From Acutalibacteraceae bacterium (lineage in GTDB: Bacteria > Bacillota > Clostridia > Oscillospirales > Acutalibacteraceae), in assembly GCA_045640165.1 (NCBI GenBank), contig JAZUEK010000037.1, forward strand, positions 833-64,832: 64,000 nt of DNA, read 5' to 3'. Both the position numbers and the translations under genes were made by a program. Shown piece by piece: positions 49,081 through 61,000 of the stretch (the stretch's first letter is position 1; each line of letters opens with the position of its first letter). The notes beneath the pieces were generated by a model that had not been told where the DNA came from, made no database searches, and was given only the letters and a program-made list of their open reading frames with translations.

Positions 49081-52000
49081 TTAGGAAATGGTGATGTACG
49101 GAATATTCGTATAGATAGCCGATTCAATTACAACCGTAGTAGCACCATTCACAGGCACCGTGTAAGTCAACGTAACGTTAACGCTGTTTCCACTCGGGGC
49201 ATTCACATCCGGAACCAGTTCCGTACCGCCGACTTTCACCGTTACAACGTCCGACCAGTTACTAACACTTTGCGGCTGATAGTAACCATCATAATGCACC
49301 ACAACCGTTGCGGTCGATCCGCTGATAGTCACGGACGTACTCGGCGTGATACGGTCACTAGGCAACGCACCCATTCCAGTATATTGACCAGTTTTATAGG
49401 ATGCGTCAATCGTCAGCGTACCGCCGCCAACCGGCTGAGCGTTGAACGTGGCGGAGACCGTCACGTCGCCTTTCGGCATCGTGAACGTGGTGGACGCGTT
49501 GGAAGCATTCGCCACCGTCGCGCCGGTCACGTTCCAGCCGCCGAAGGTGTAACCGGAAGCCGGGGTAGCGGTCAGGGTGATTTCGTCACCCTCCGCTACA
49601 TCGGTCGTCTGGCTGGCCGTAATCGTACCGCCGGTCACACTGCCGAGAGTCACTTTGTACTTCGGCGCTTGCGTGGTCGCCTGCGTCGGCGTGCTGCCAC
49701 CGCTGGTCACAGAAACATTCGCGATATCACAGTAGCCATCAAGCGTACCGTCAGTCTTACCGATTGTCAAGGTAACCGTGCCAGTGGAGGTCGCCGTATA
49801 GGTCGTCGTGAAGGTAGACGATGCCCCGCCCTCCATCTGTCCAAGAGAAGTTCCGCCCAAGGTGACCGGAACATGGAGTCCAGACTTCTCGCCGTCATAG
49901 TTAATCGTGACAGTATAGGTCGTACCAGCGACAACCGAGATATCCTGATTGATATTACCATCTTTCCACTTCGGCAACCGCGCCTTGCCACCTTCAATCG
50001 CGGCATTACCGGTAAACGTCCAATCAGTCGTACCGTTTGCGAAGTTGCCGTTCTTGATGAGGTTGCCCGTCACCGGCGGCTGCGTCGGATCGGTCACAAT
50101 CGGCTCGGTCGGCGTATCACCGCCCGCCGTGTTGTCAATAAGAGAGATGTTGTCAATGGTAAAGTCGATATCACTGCCGCCAATCTTCACAACATCCATA
50201 CCAGACACAGCCTCAAAGGTTACCGAATAGTGACCTGCCAAATCCGTCTTGAACTTATCGTTCGTACTGCTATTCACATACAGCGTTGCAGCAGAACCTT
50301 TAGTCATAGTAATGTCGCAAGAGAATGTGTAACTATGACCCACGATAAAGTTGACAGCTTGCGAAATACCGTATTTGTCACCGGAGTTATGACCATCCGA
50401 AATCGATGCCACGCCACCCGTAACCTCAAAGGTGGTGCAAGCTTTCTCCCAATCAGCTGTGCCGTTCGAGAAGTCGCCGTTCTTGATGAGATTGCCATCC
50501 GTCGGCGTCGGCTCGGTTGCGGCCGTCTCAAACTTCGCCTTGATGCTCACGTTGTTGTACGGCATCGTAAAGACCAACGGGTTATCCGTGTTATTCTGAT
50601 CATCATCCACCAGATACAAGTAATTGGTACCGTCGCCGTCAAGCTCCCAACCGACGAAGGTCTTGCCACTCTGCGTTGCCGGGGTAACAGTCACTGTCTT
50701 TCCGTAAGTACCGGAAGTCGGTTCTGCCGTACCGCCGTCCACCGTCACGGTGTAGGTGGCATCCTTATCGCCTTGATTAATGCTCGCAATCGGATCGGTC
50801 GTGTAGTTGTAAATCGCAAGTGTGCATTTCACTTCGCTAATACCCGGGACCGCGGAAGCGTTTGTATAGGTCACCGTGATGTCGCCGCTCAAATTCGACT
50901 TCGAATAGAATTCGAGTTTGATATCGTCCGCATAAGCGGTCGTCGCACCACTCAGCGTCGTCGCGGCGCGGCGAGCGTTACCGAACTTACCGCCGGTCTT
51001 CTCGAAGGTGACTTTCAGATACTGATTCGTGCCAATCGAATGGCTCGAAAGGAATTCGTTGAGCGTCTGAGTCGTCGTACCCGTGCTACCGGAGATGTTG
51101 GAACCGACCGTCATGGTCGCCACACCATTCGCATCACGGTTAACCGTGGACACGCTGTTCGACGTCCAGGACGCCACCGCCGTGGTGGGATCCGCCTTAT
51201 AGGTAGCGGTCACCGTCACAGCTTTCGCCGGCATCGTGAAGGATGCATTGGTCGCGGAAGTGGCGCTGGTAATCGTTACATCGCTACTGGTCCATTTATC
51301 GAACGTCCATCCAGGGTTCGCCGTAGCGGTCAAGGTGACGGTATCTTGGTAAGTCGCTTTAGCGACGCTGGCCGAAGCCGTACCCATCGTCGTGTCGTTG
51401 GACACCGTGATATCGTAGCTCTGCTGGTTGAACGTGGCGGAAACAGTGACATCCGCCGCCGGCACGGTCAACGTAGCCGGGTTGGCATTCGTGCTGTTCA
51501 GCGTACCGCCGGAGACCGACCAACCGGTGAACACGTAGCCGGTGTTCGGGATAGCGGTCAAGGTCACGGTATCGCCGTAGTTGGCGGTGGCCGAAGCCGC
51601 GTTGTTCACCTTGATCGTACCGTTCTGAACCGCATTGCAGGTCACGGTGTAGTTCACTTGCACGAAGGTCGCGGTCACCGTCACGGCTTTTGCCGGCATC
51701 GTGAAGGTTGCACCGTCCGCAGAAGAAGCGTTGGTGATCGTCACATCGCTACTGGTCCACTTGTCGAACTTATAGCCCGGTTCCGGATCGTTCGCCGTAA
51801 TGGAGACAGTCGTGCCCGCGACAAACTGCGTCGTGCCGCCGTCCACCGTACCTTTTTCAACGGTGACGCCGTAGGTCGGAACAACAGTCTCCTCGAAGTT
51901 CGCGGTGATTGCGACGTCGCCCGTGATGTTGGAAATCGTGGTGGTTGCGCTGCTCGCATTCGCCACCGTCGCACCGGTCACGGTCCAACTGCTGAAGGTG

Positions 52001-55000
52001 TAACCGTCGTTCGGGGTAGCCGTAAGCGTAACCTCGTCGCCAACGTTGACCACAGTGGTCTCGACGTTGTTACGAAGTACTTTCACAGTACCGGCCGCCG
52101 AAGTCGGATTCACAGTCACCGTCACGGTGTAATCAATCTTGTTAATGACCGCTCTCACCGTTACATCAGACGCCGGCATGGTGAAGCTGGCGCCAGACGG
52201 AGAAATGGCGTTGGTAATCGTAACGTCAGACGGCGAAACGATTTCCCAGTGATCAAACGTTTGACCCACTTGCACCACAGGATTGCTCAAGGTGACCGAG
52301 GCGCCCATTTTCGCTTTGGACAGATTTGCTGCGCCGTTTTGGACGGTAATCGAATACTCAATGTCCTCGAAAATGCCTTCGATATAAACGTCTTTGTCGC
52401 CCATCACAAAGGTATTGTCCGCATTCACGGTCACATCGCCGGAAATCACATTCCAGTGATCGAATTTTTTGCCGGCAGACGGTGTACCAGGCGTCAAATG
52501 AACCGTGACGCCTTGTTCAGCGGACGTCGCATCGGCAGTACCGCCGGTAACCGTGATACTATGAACCGTGTCATCCGAATCACCGCCGGACGGGATGTGA
52601 TCGCCCTTGACCAGGATGAAGTTGTCGATGACAGCCGTCTCCAAATCGTTGGATTCTCCGGCCACTTCAACGAAAATCTTGAAGTTCGTCAAATCCGAAG
52701 GAGTGGTAAACGTAATGTTACCGGTAGAAGTCAGAATCTCACTGTTGTTATTGTCTTTCTTGATTCTGACCGTGATCTTATCATTGGCGCTTCCCGACGT
52801 GGTCATATCCACGTGCAACGTGTATTCGGTCTTCGTTTCGAGAGGTTCGGTGAAGCTTGCAATGAGTTTCGGCGCGCGGTATGTCGGAATCGCAACATTC
52901 AGCTTACCGCCGGAAACGGTAAAGAATCCTGCATACTCACCGGATGCGGCAGGCTCTTGCGTCCAGCCAGTCATACCATTCGCAAAGTTGCCGTTCACGA
53001 TAAGGTTCGTGTAGGTCTCCGGCTCGCTCGTCGCGGACGTCGAAGTCTCGGAGGACGCGCTCGTCGAGGTCTCGCTCTCGGAAGTCTCGCCACCACCGGT
53101 AGAACCGGTATACAGCGTAACCGTAACACGGCCTTGGCCTCCGCCCAGCACCGAAGTCACATCCTGCAAGGTTGCAAGCAACGTGACTTCCTGATTGCCG
53201 TTGAACGTCAAGCCTTTATCCGTTTGGAAGACAATGGTTTTGTCATCCGCTCTGATAGCCGCTTTGTCAAACATAGCAAAGCATTTACTCTCCAAAGTCG
53301 TCTTCGCGGCAACAGCTCCACCAAACGTCGGGTTGTCAGTCAAAGACTCAAACACGATTTCAAGGTAAGCGTCCGAAGTAAACAACGAAGCATTTTGGAC
53401 TTTGGTAAGGAAGTTGGACCAGGACATCTCACCGGATTCCTTCGTCTCGACGATGGAATACGAACCAACGTTATTCCAATCCACACGCATCGTACCGGTT
53501 CCATTAGTCTCAAGGTGACCGCCGGTAATACCTTCCGTCGTCACCCACTGAGCAACCTTCGTGCGGTCGCCGGACGGAGTGGAAGTCTCAGAGGTCGTAG
53601 AAGATTCGGAGGACTCGGAAGTCGTTCCGGCATCTTTATACGTCGCCGCGACCTTCACGTTGGCATTGCCCATGACAAAGGTGGTCGTCGCGCTGTTCAC
53701 ATCAGCAAGCGTTACGCCGCCTTCGGTGACGGTCCATTTGTCGAACACTTTTCCGTTCGGGGCGGCATTCGCGGTCAAAGTGACCGTTGCGCCTGCAATC
53801 GCCGAAGTCGACGAAGCAGTACCATCCGTTACCGTAATGGTATGCGACACCGGATCACCGCCGCTCACCTCGGTCAAGACGATATCGTCAAACACCGGAG
53901 GTACCGTAAAGCTCTGCTCTTTCGGGATGCTGATATAAATCTCGAATTTAGTCAGATCTTCAATGGTGAAGGTAACCTCAGAACCGGAAGAAGTCAGTTT
54001 CGCATAGTCCTGATTTTCCTTGTTGCCCACACCATACCACACGCGCAGATCCACGCCCTTAGACGTAGTTGCCGTGCCGGGATTCAACGTGCCAATCGAC
54101 AGTTTGTAGGTCTTGCCGGCCTGCAGATTCGCGTTTTGCACAAAGCTGGCAACAAGTTTACCATCTTTATTGCCCTGATAGACCAACTGACCATTTGCGT
54201 TCACGGTCCACACATCGGGGTTGACCGCGTCGGTCCAGCCATCAAGACCGCCCTCAAAGTAACCGTTCTTAATCAGGTTATTGTCTTCGATAATCTCAAA
54301 TGCATTCGGCGTGATGAAATGGTCGCTGGAAGTATAGCCGGTTCTTTCCGCCCACGCTTCAATCTTATAGGTGCCGGGTTCAAGTTGTTCTGTCGTCGTG
54401 GCGCCCGTGTACTGCTGCGCCGCTTTCACGACATTACCATCAGCATCGAGGATTTGATACCAAACCGTCGCATCCGTGGTAGCACAATTGATGTTGAATC
54501 TCACACTTCCTCTGAACGGCGAAGTACCATTAACCGTAATCGACGGCGTCTCTACTGTCGGACGCTGCGTAACGTTAAACGTAATCGTGCCAGCTGTCAG
54601 TTTCTGACCAAATGCGGTCGCGGAAGCCGGCACCACAAAGGTCACTTTCAGACCGGAAACGTCCTCGGTCGGCGTACCACTCAAGGTAATCGTCACGCCA
54701 TCGCTACCATCCGCTCCGATGGTATCAATTCCCATACCGGCCGGCAAAGTGCCTTCGATCCAGTCAGCCACACTACCGAAATTGCTGGTAAAGGTGGTGT
54801 TGGAAATCTTCAAGTTCACCAAGTGCGGGTGACCATCAAGAGCGCTGGTGATAGGTTCACCACGATAGAACGTACGGTTCAAGTTGTCGCCGACAATCTC
54901 GGCTTTCGCCACTTTCGGGCCGATGACAAACGAACCAGCCGTTACAGCCGTACCGCCATTCTTCATCTTGTCACTCGGAACGGTAACCGTCACCGTGATA

Positions 55001-58000
55001 TTATTGGTCGGAAGAGCGGAAACAGAACCGGTAATATCAAAGCTCAACACACTTCCGTTCACCGTGCGCACCGTTGCAGCCAAATCACGAATAGATTCGT
55101 CTACACCGAGATGATCAAACCAACCGGTGATGTCATCGCCCACATTGACGCTGGCAAACTCGTCACCGTTCAAGGTGATCGAACCCACTTTCAAGTTGGG
55201 AGTGAAAGTTTCTCCGGCCGCCACGTCGAAATTGTCAAGTTGCAACGTTGCCGTGGTAGTGGTATCCAGAATTTCAACAAGGATAGAGGTATTCGGCGCC
55301 AACGAGCCCGCAACATCCGAGAACGAAACGCCTTTCATATAACCATACGCAGTGGAATCCTCATTCATCGACAGCGGACCGTTGATTTGATAAACAATGG
55401 TCTTACCATCAGCGCTGACAGAGCGTGCTTTTTCCTGCACGTGATGATTATCCACGCCGAGATAGGTATACATATCCACTTTCAAATTCTCCGCCGTCAA
55501 GGTGCCGAACGGCGCATCATTGTTGGTCAACGTAATGCGGATATACTGGCTATCCGTAAGAGCGCCATTCGCTTGGGCAAAGTCTTGCCATTTCTGGGTC
55601 TGACCATCTTTGGTCAAACCATCTTTCTGGTAGCTAAGATCCATATACGACTTGTCGTTAACGGAATCCGATTTCCACCAGTTCGACACCGTACCGCCGG
55701 AAAGTTCTCTCGTCTTTTTCTCCTCAGGCGGCACGTACTGCGTCGGTTCAGGCATCTCGGTAGCAGACGGCGAACGATCATAGATGCGTACATCCACAAA
55801 GAATTGATCTGCCAAGCCATCTTTGAGAACCTTGTTATCCGTCAAATCGAGCGCATTGCGATAGGTAAAGAAAGTACGCAGATTCATACTGCCGTACTCA
55901 GCAGCCTGCGAACGCTCGAGCGGACCGTAAATCTCATACGTAACCGTACGATTGGCGGTATCAATGCTCTTCGCTTTGATTTCCGAAAGGATAGTGCCTT
56001 CATTATAAGCGTAAGAGTCGCACGTAAAGGTAAAGTCGTCCAGTTCTGCATTCGCAAAGCCTGCCGGATAGGTCAACTTAATTTCCATGTACTGGCTCTC
56101 GGTCAGCGATTCATGCTGTTTCAAGAATTGCGTCCAGGTAATACCCGTGTCCACATCCTTGCAGGTACCGCCAAGGCTGGCGTTACGATACTGGTCTTGA
56201 CTGGAAGTCTGATAGGTAGGCGCCGACACGTCGCCCACTTGCGGCGAGCGGAACACATCCTGGAGCTTCGGATCCGACACATCCGCAGGCGTAGAACTAC
56301 TACTGCTGCTGGACTGACCATTGACTTTCTCCAGTTTCTTCACGCTGACGTTATCCACGTACAACGTGCCGTTCAAGGTCTTACCGGCAATCGGAGACTC
56401 CCATCTGATATACGCGTTGCTATCAAACGTCTTGCCAGCCGCGCCAAAGGTATACAGCACCGGCTGAGACCAAACAATTTTACCTTTGTTGTTGCCCTCT
56501 TTTTGCACTGCCTGCGCAACAACAACCTCATTGGCATAATAGAAATCATTCGTAATGATGTTGCCGGCAGCATCTTTGATGGGCTGAACCAAAACCGGCT
56601 GAAGTGCCAACGGCGCTTTCTGCTCTGTCCAGCTCTCATACGGATACGCGTTATTGGCATCTTTAATCGCATCCTGCGCATCCAACGTAAAGGTCGCCTC
56701 AACCTGGTAACCCTCACCCGTTTGCAGCGTATCCGGAAGCTTCCACGCACTACCGATATTCATTCTCAAAGATCCGTCGTCATTAAGAACAACTCTATTG
56801 GAGTGCTGTTTTTGACCGTCCGTCGCCGTGCCGGCACCGCACAAGTCGGTAATTTCACCGTTAACTGCTTTGGAGGAAACCAGAATGTTTTCGGCACCCG
56901 CTTCCTCAAAAGTCCACTCTTTCAGGAGTTTAAGCTGCATCGGCTGCTCCTGCGCAGTGGTTCCTGCACTACTGCCCGTCGTCGACTTACGCGTAGTGGT
57001 ATTGGTGGTAGAAGACGTGGTATTCGCGCGGTAGATGTTCACCATCAAACGGTTGATGCGGAACGGATCGTCGTTGCCCGGATAGTACTCTGCGTCTTTC
57101 TTGTTAAGCGAATCCCACAAAGAGCCATCCTTCAATCCACCTGCAGAGTGATAGTTGACAGCAAACCACAACTGCGGATCGTTCTCTTTCATGATGCCGG
57201 TATCCGCTACGTCAAACAGGAACTGATACACCTGTCCGTTGGTAAAGTGAATACCCTGCGCCTCATACGCCGCATCATTTTCATCGTCCCACACATTCTT
57301 AGTGGTATCTTTCAACAACGTATGGATAGCGCACTGGAATTTACCAACAGCTTCATAACGGTCATACTTAAATTCGGGTTCCACAATAATCTCGATATAG
57401 TCGCCCGCTTTTAAGTTGCCGATAGATGCCTGATATTTCATCTCTTTCAGCCAGGCATCCCAGTAATAACGGTAGTCGGTGTTATAAGTCGGGTCCACGC
57501 AGAAGTCCGCCCAGAACGTACCATTAAAGGCAGTTTCGTTCGAGAAAATCGTACCAGGCGGCAAAATCCAGTCGCCGAAGTGCGAGAAGCGATGGACATC
57601 TTTCCAACCGCTGACCGGATTGCCGTCGCTATCCAAAAGACCGTCTTGGCTCTCGAAGTATTCGTGAGAATTCACCGTCACCACTGCCGGGAACGGATAC
57701 CCACCGGCCAAGGTCTGGTCATAAGGCCAGCTATGGTCAAAGTCGGCAATACCAGACGTTCCGCGCAGCGCATACTCGCCGCCCGAGAACAGTTTCTTCA
57801 TTTCCGAATAGGTAAGGCCATACGGAACCGTCCTCGTTTCCGTATGCGTGGTTTCAAGGTCATTGCCGTTCGCATCGGTATCTTTCACCGTGATGCTATA
57901 CTCCCAATTGCGACCTTTATCCAACAATTTATCGGACAAGTTCCACGTCACGTTGCCATCGCCATCGGTGGAGCTAACCGCAAAATATCCATCTTCTTGC

Positions 58001-61000
58001 TTGGTAATAGCATCAACGAAGAAGTGGCTGTGAATAATCTTATCGGTTGCGCCGCCTGCCACGCCATAGAATTTAGACGAGTGGGAAGCATTGTTCTCAA
58101 ACTGGCAATAGTTGTAGCAATCGCACAGCACGCCACCGTTCTGATTGCCCACCAAGCCGGCAATTTGAGCATTCGTATTTCCGGTAGCATACCCTTTAAG
58201 CATACCGCCGGCATAACACATCGCCACAACGCCTTGGTTGTCGCCGGCAAAACCGCCAACGTAAACGTTGTCGGTCGCCACAGCATCAATAGTCTTGTTA
58301 ACCGCCGAACAATTCTGCACCTGACCGATAACCGTACCGGCAAGACCGCCCACGTGCGCTCTGTTCGCCGTGCTTTCGATAACGTAACCTGCCACGGCGC
58401 AGTTTTTCACCGTCGTCACGCCCTGCTGCAGATACGCCGACGGGCCCTCGTCACCGGTAGCGCCACCGGCACTCGCCGCCGCAGTAGTATATTTCACAAT
58501 GGAGATCGAAGTGCCCTCTTTCGTCCAAGTAGACAGATTTCCGCCGGTCAGTTGGAGATTAAAGTCTTTCCACGCTTTTTCGCCGGTATCTGCATTCGCG
58601 TGGAAATCGGCTTCGTGGAGCGTAAACGTCACCTGACTGCCGTCCTCGTTGATGATGGCATCAGACGTGTCGAGATAGACCACAACAGGATCCCAAGAGT
58701 GGTCTTGGGTTTGATAATACAACCGCGCACTCGTCACACCGGAAAAATCACCGGTCACAGTAACCACGGTATATTCTTCGTCCGAAGCAGGAATAAGGTT
58801 CGGCCACAAATCTCTCCATTGACCGTCCATAGACTGGTCACCGTTAAAGGTAAAGGTTCCCGCCGAAGAATCCAGCGACGACTTGTTATCTGCCGAGTCG
58901 AACCCATTCCGTTTCGCCTCAACAAGCTTACGGTCAGTGGACGTGCCGCCACCGGAAGCCGGCGCCACATACGCGCCATTTTTGACACGACCAACTAACG
59001 GTGCTACATCAGTAGCATCGCTGGTACGAATAAATGCCGTTCCGGTCTCTTGGCTCTCCGCCATCAAAATGACGTTCTGGACACAGGCGCCGTCAATCAC
59101 ACCGAACAAGCCGGTCGCCGACACACCCGTCGTCTCTTGGCAATAGTCATAAATACGGTTTCCGCCGCCGTCATACATGCCGGCAAACGGTTTTGCTTCC
59201 GTGCCAATCGGCACGTTACGATACGGATTATCGGCTTTTTGACCGGCACCGGACAGATCCAGCGCCAAGCCGATGTAATTCTTAGTGTATTTGCTGAAAT
59301 TGACGTGGCACTCCTGCTTAAACACAAAGTTCTTGTCCCAGTACCAATTTATACGGCCCAAAGCATTGAGCTGACGAGCAGAACGGATAATACTGGCAGA
59401 CGGCGTCGGCATATCCGCTGCCGTCGGGCAATACCGTTTCTCCGGATTGCTGCCGGGAATCACATCAAACGGATGATCCACCTGCTCCGGCTTCGGGTTA
59501 ATAACCGTTTTCGCAAGCACCGGGTTGTAGTAGAAAGTATAGTTCTCAAACACAGTAGCGCTGTTGTTATAGCCACTGAGAATCAGTTTCTGATAATAGG
59601 TCGCATTCGTCTGCTTCATCGCATTTTCATAGGCATCAGACATACCTTGCAGGTCATTGGGAAGCGGATAGATGAACACGTTCTCACTGACTTTGTTCGA
59701 ACCGGATGCCAAGACCATATTGCCATTGAAAATCTGCGTCAATTCGCCAAGCGTACCATTGGTGATTTTTTGGCCGTTTTCACCAATCTGGTACATATCC
59801 GTCAGACGATCGGAAGAAAGAATGGCATAGCCATCCTCTACGACCGTGAAATCGCCCTCCCACAAAGAGTTGTACACCCAAGTGTTCGCGGAATCATTGT
59901 CGCCTTTAAGACTGGTGCATACGTCGAAACCGTACGTGCCGTCTTCGTATTTTTCATAATAAACCATACAGGTCTGGACAGTGGATTCCACCGGCCAGTC
60001 ACCGTAGTGAGGAATGGTTTTCTGCGCATCATTCGAATCGACTTGTCCGTCTCCGTTGGTATCTTTGTTCTCTTTAAGCATCGGGAACGGGAACACGGTC
60101 TCACTGATGGTGTAAGGATGCGAATCATCCGCACTGTTGGCATAAGTGCCGTCGTCAGCATTTAACAACGCAAAATCGCCGAAAAGACGCGGCTGAGCGC
60201 CACTGGGATCCGCATCAAGGCTCTTGTTGTAGCCGTTCATCGTCAAATAGTTGCAAGCAACAAACGTAGAGTCGGATGCACTACCACCGATTTTACCAAC
60301 AAAACCATGCACATTATTTTTGGTGCTGTTGATATCGACAACTTTACCATAGGAATTGGCGTTGATGAAATCGCTATCCTGAGCAGCGCCAACAAAGCCG
60401 CCCACATTTTGCGTGCCTTGTACGTCGCCGGTCGCATAGCAGGGCGCTCCCGTCACACCAGTAACCGTTGCCCCTTTCATGTTACCAACCATACCACCGA
60501 CACGGCTACCACCAACGGTATCCTCGGAAGTATAGCAACGATTAATAGCGCCACTGTCCATATTACCCACAAGACCGCCGACGCTATCTTGACCTTGCAC
60601 CCAAACGGCGGCATAGGAATCCGCAAACGTACAGCCCTGGGCCTTGCCCACCATACCACCGACGTTGTTGGACTTTTCGGCATAAATCGAACGATCTCGC
60701 AGACGAGAAACGCCCTCAAAATACTTCACGCCCATCGGGTTTTCATCTCTCAGGCGCACTGCGCAGTTTTGGAACACCGTGCTCGTCGCACTACCGACCA
60801 GACCGCCCACGTGATCGCGACCCAACTCGTTATCCGCGGCACGCACTTTCGCATCCACCAAAGTAACGTTTTTGAAGGTCATGTTCTTCGTCGTAGCAAA
60901 CAAACCGATATTTGCCGTCGAACCCACAATGTCAAAATCGTACAAACCGAATCCGTTACCATCATAGGTCGCAGGTATATTTCCGCCCAAATCAATCGGT

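Noticed and set aside
49270-57414. An 8.1 kb (2,714 aa) ORF on the plus strand, plus further long plus-strand ORFs at 57580-58998, 59050-60165 and 60307-62667, all antisense to the giant pilin gene
   Set aside because: They are codon-aligned with the minus-strand gene (49270 minus 49081 is a multiple of 3). They stay open only because the sense gene almost never uses TTA, CTA or TCA codons. Their translations are Arg/Gly/His-rich and low-complexity, with no recognisable domains or RBS. They are shadows of codon bias.
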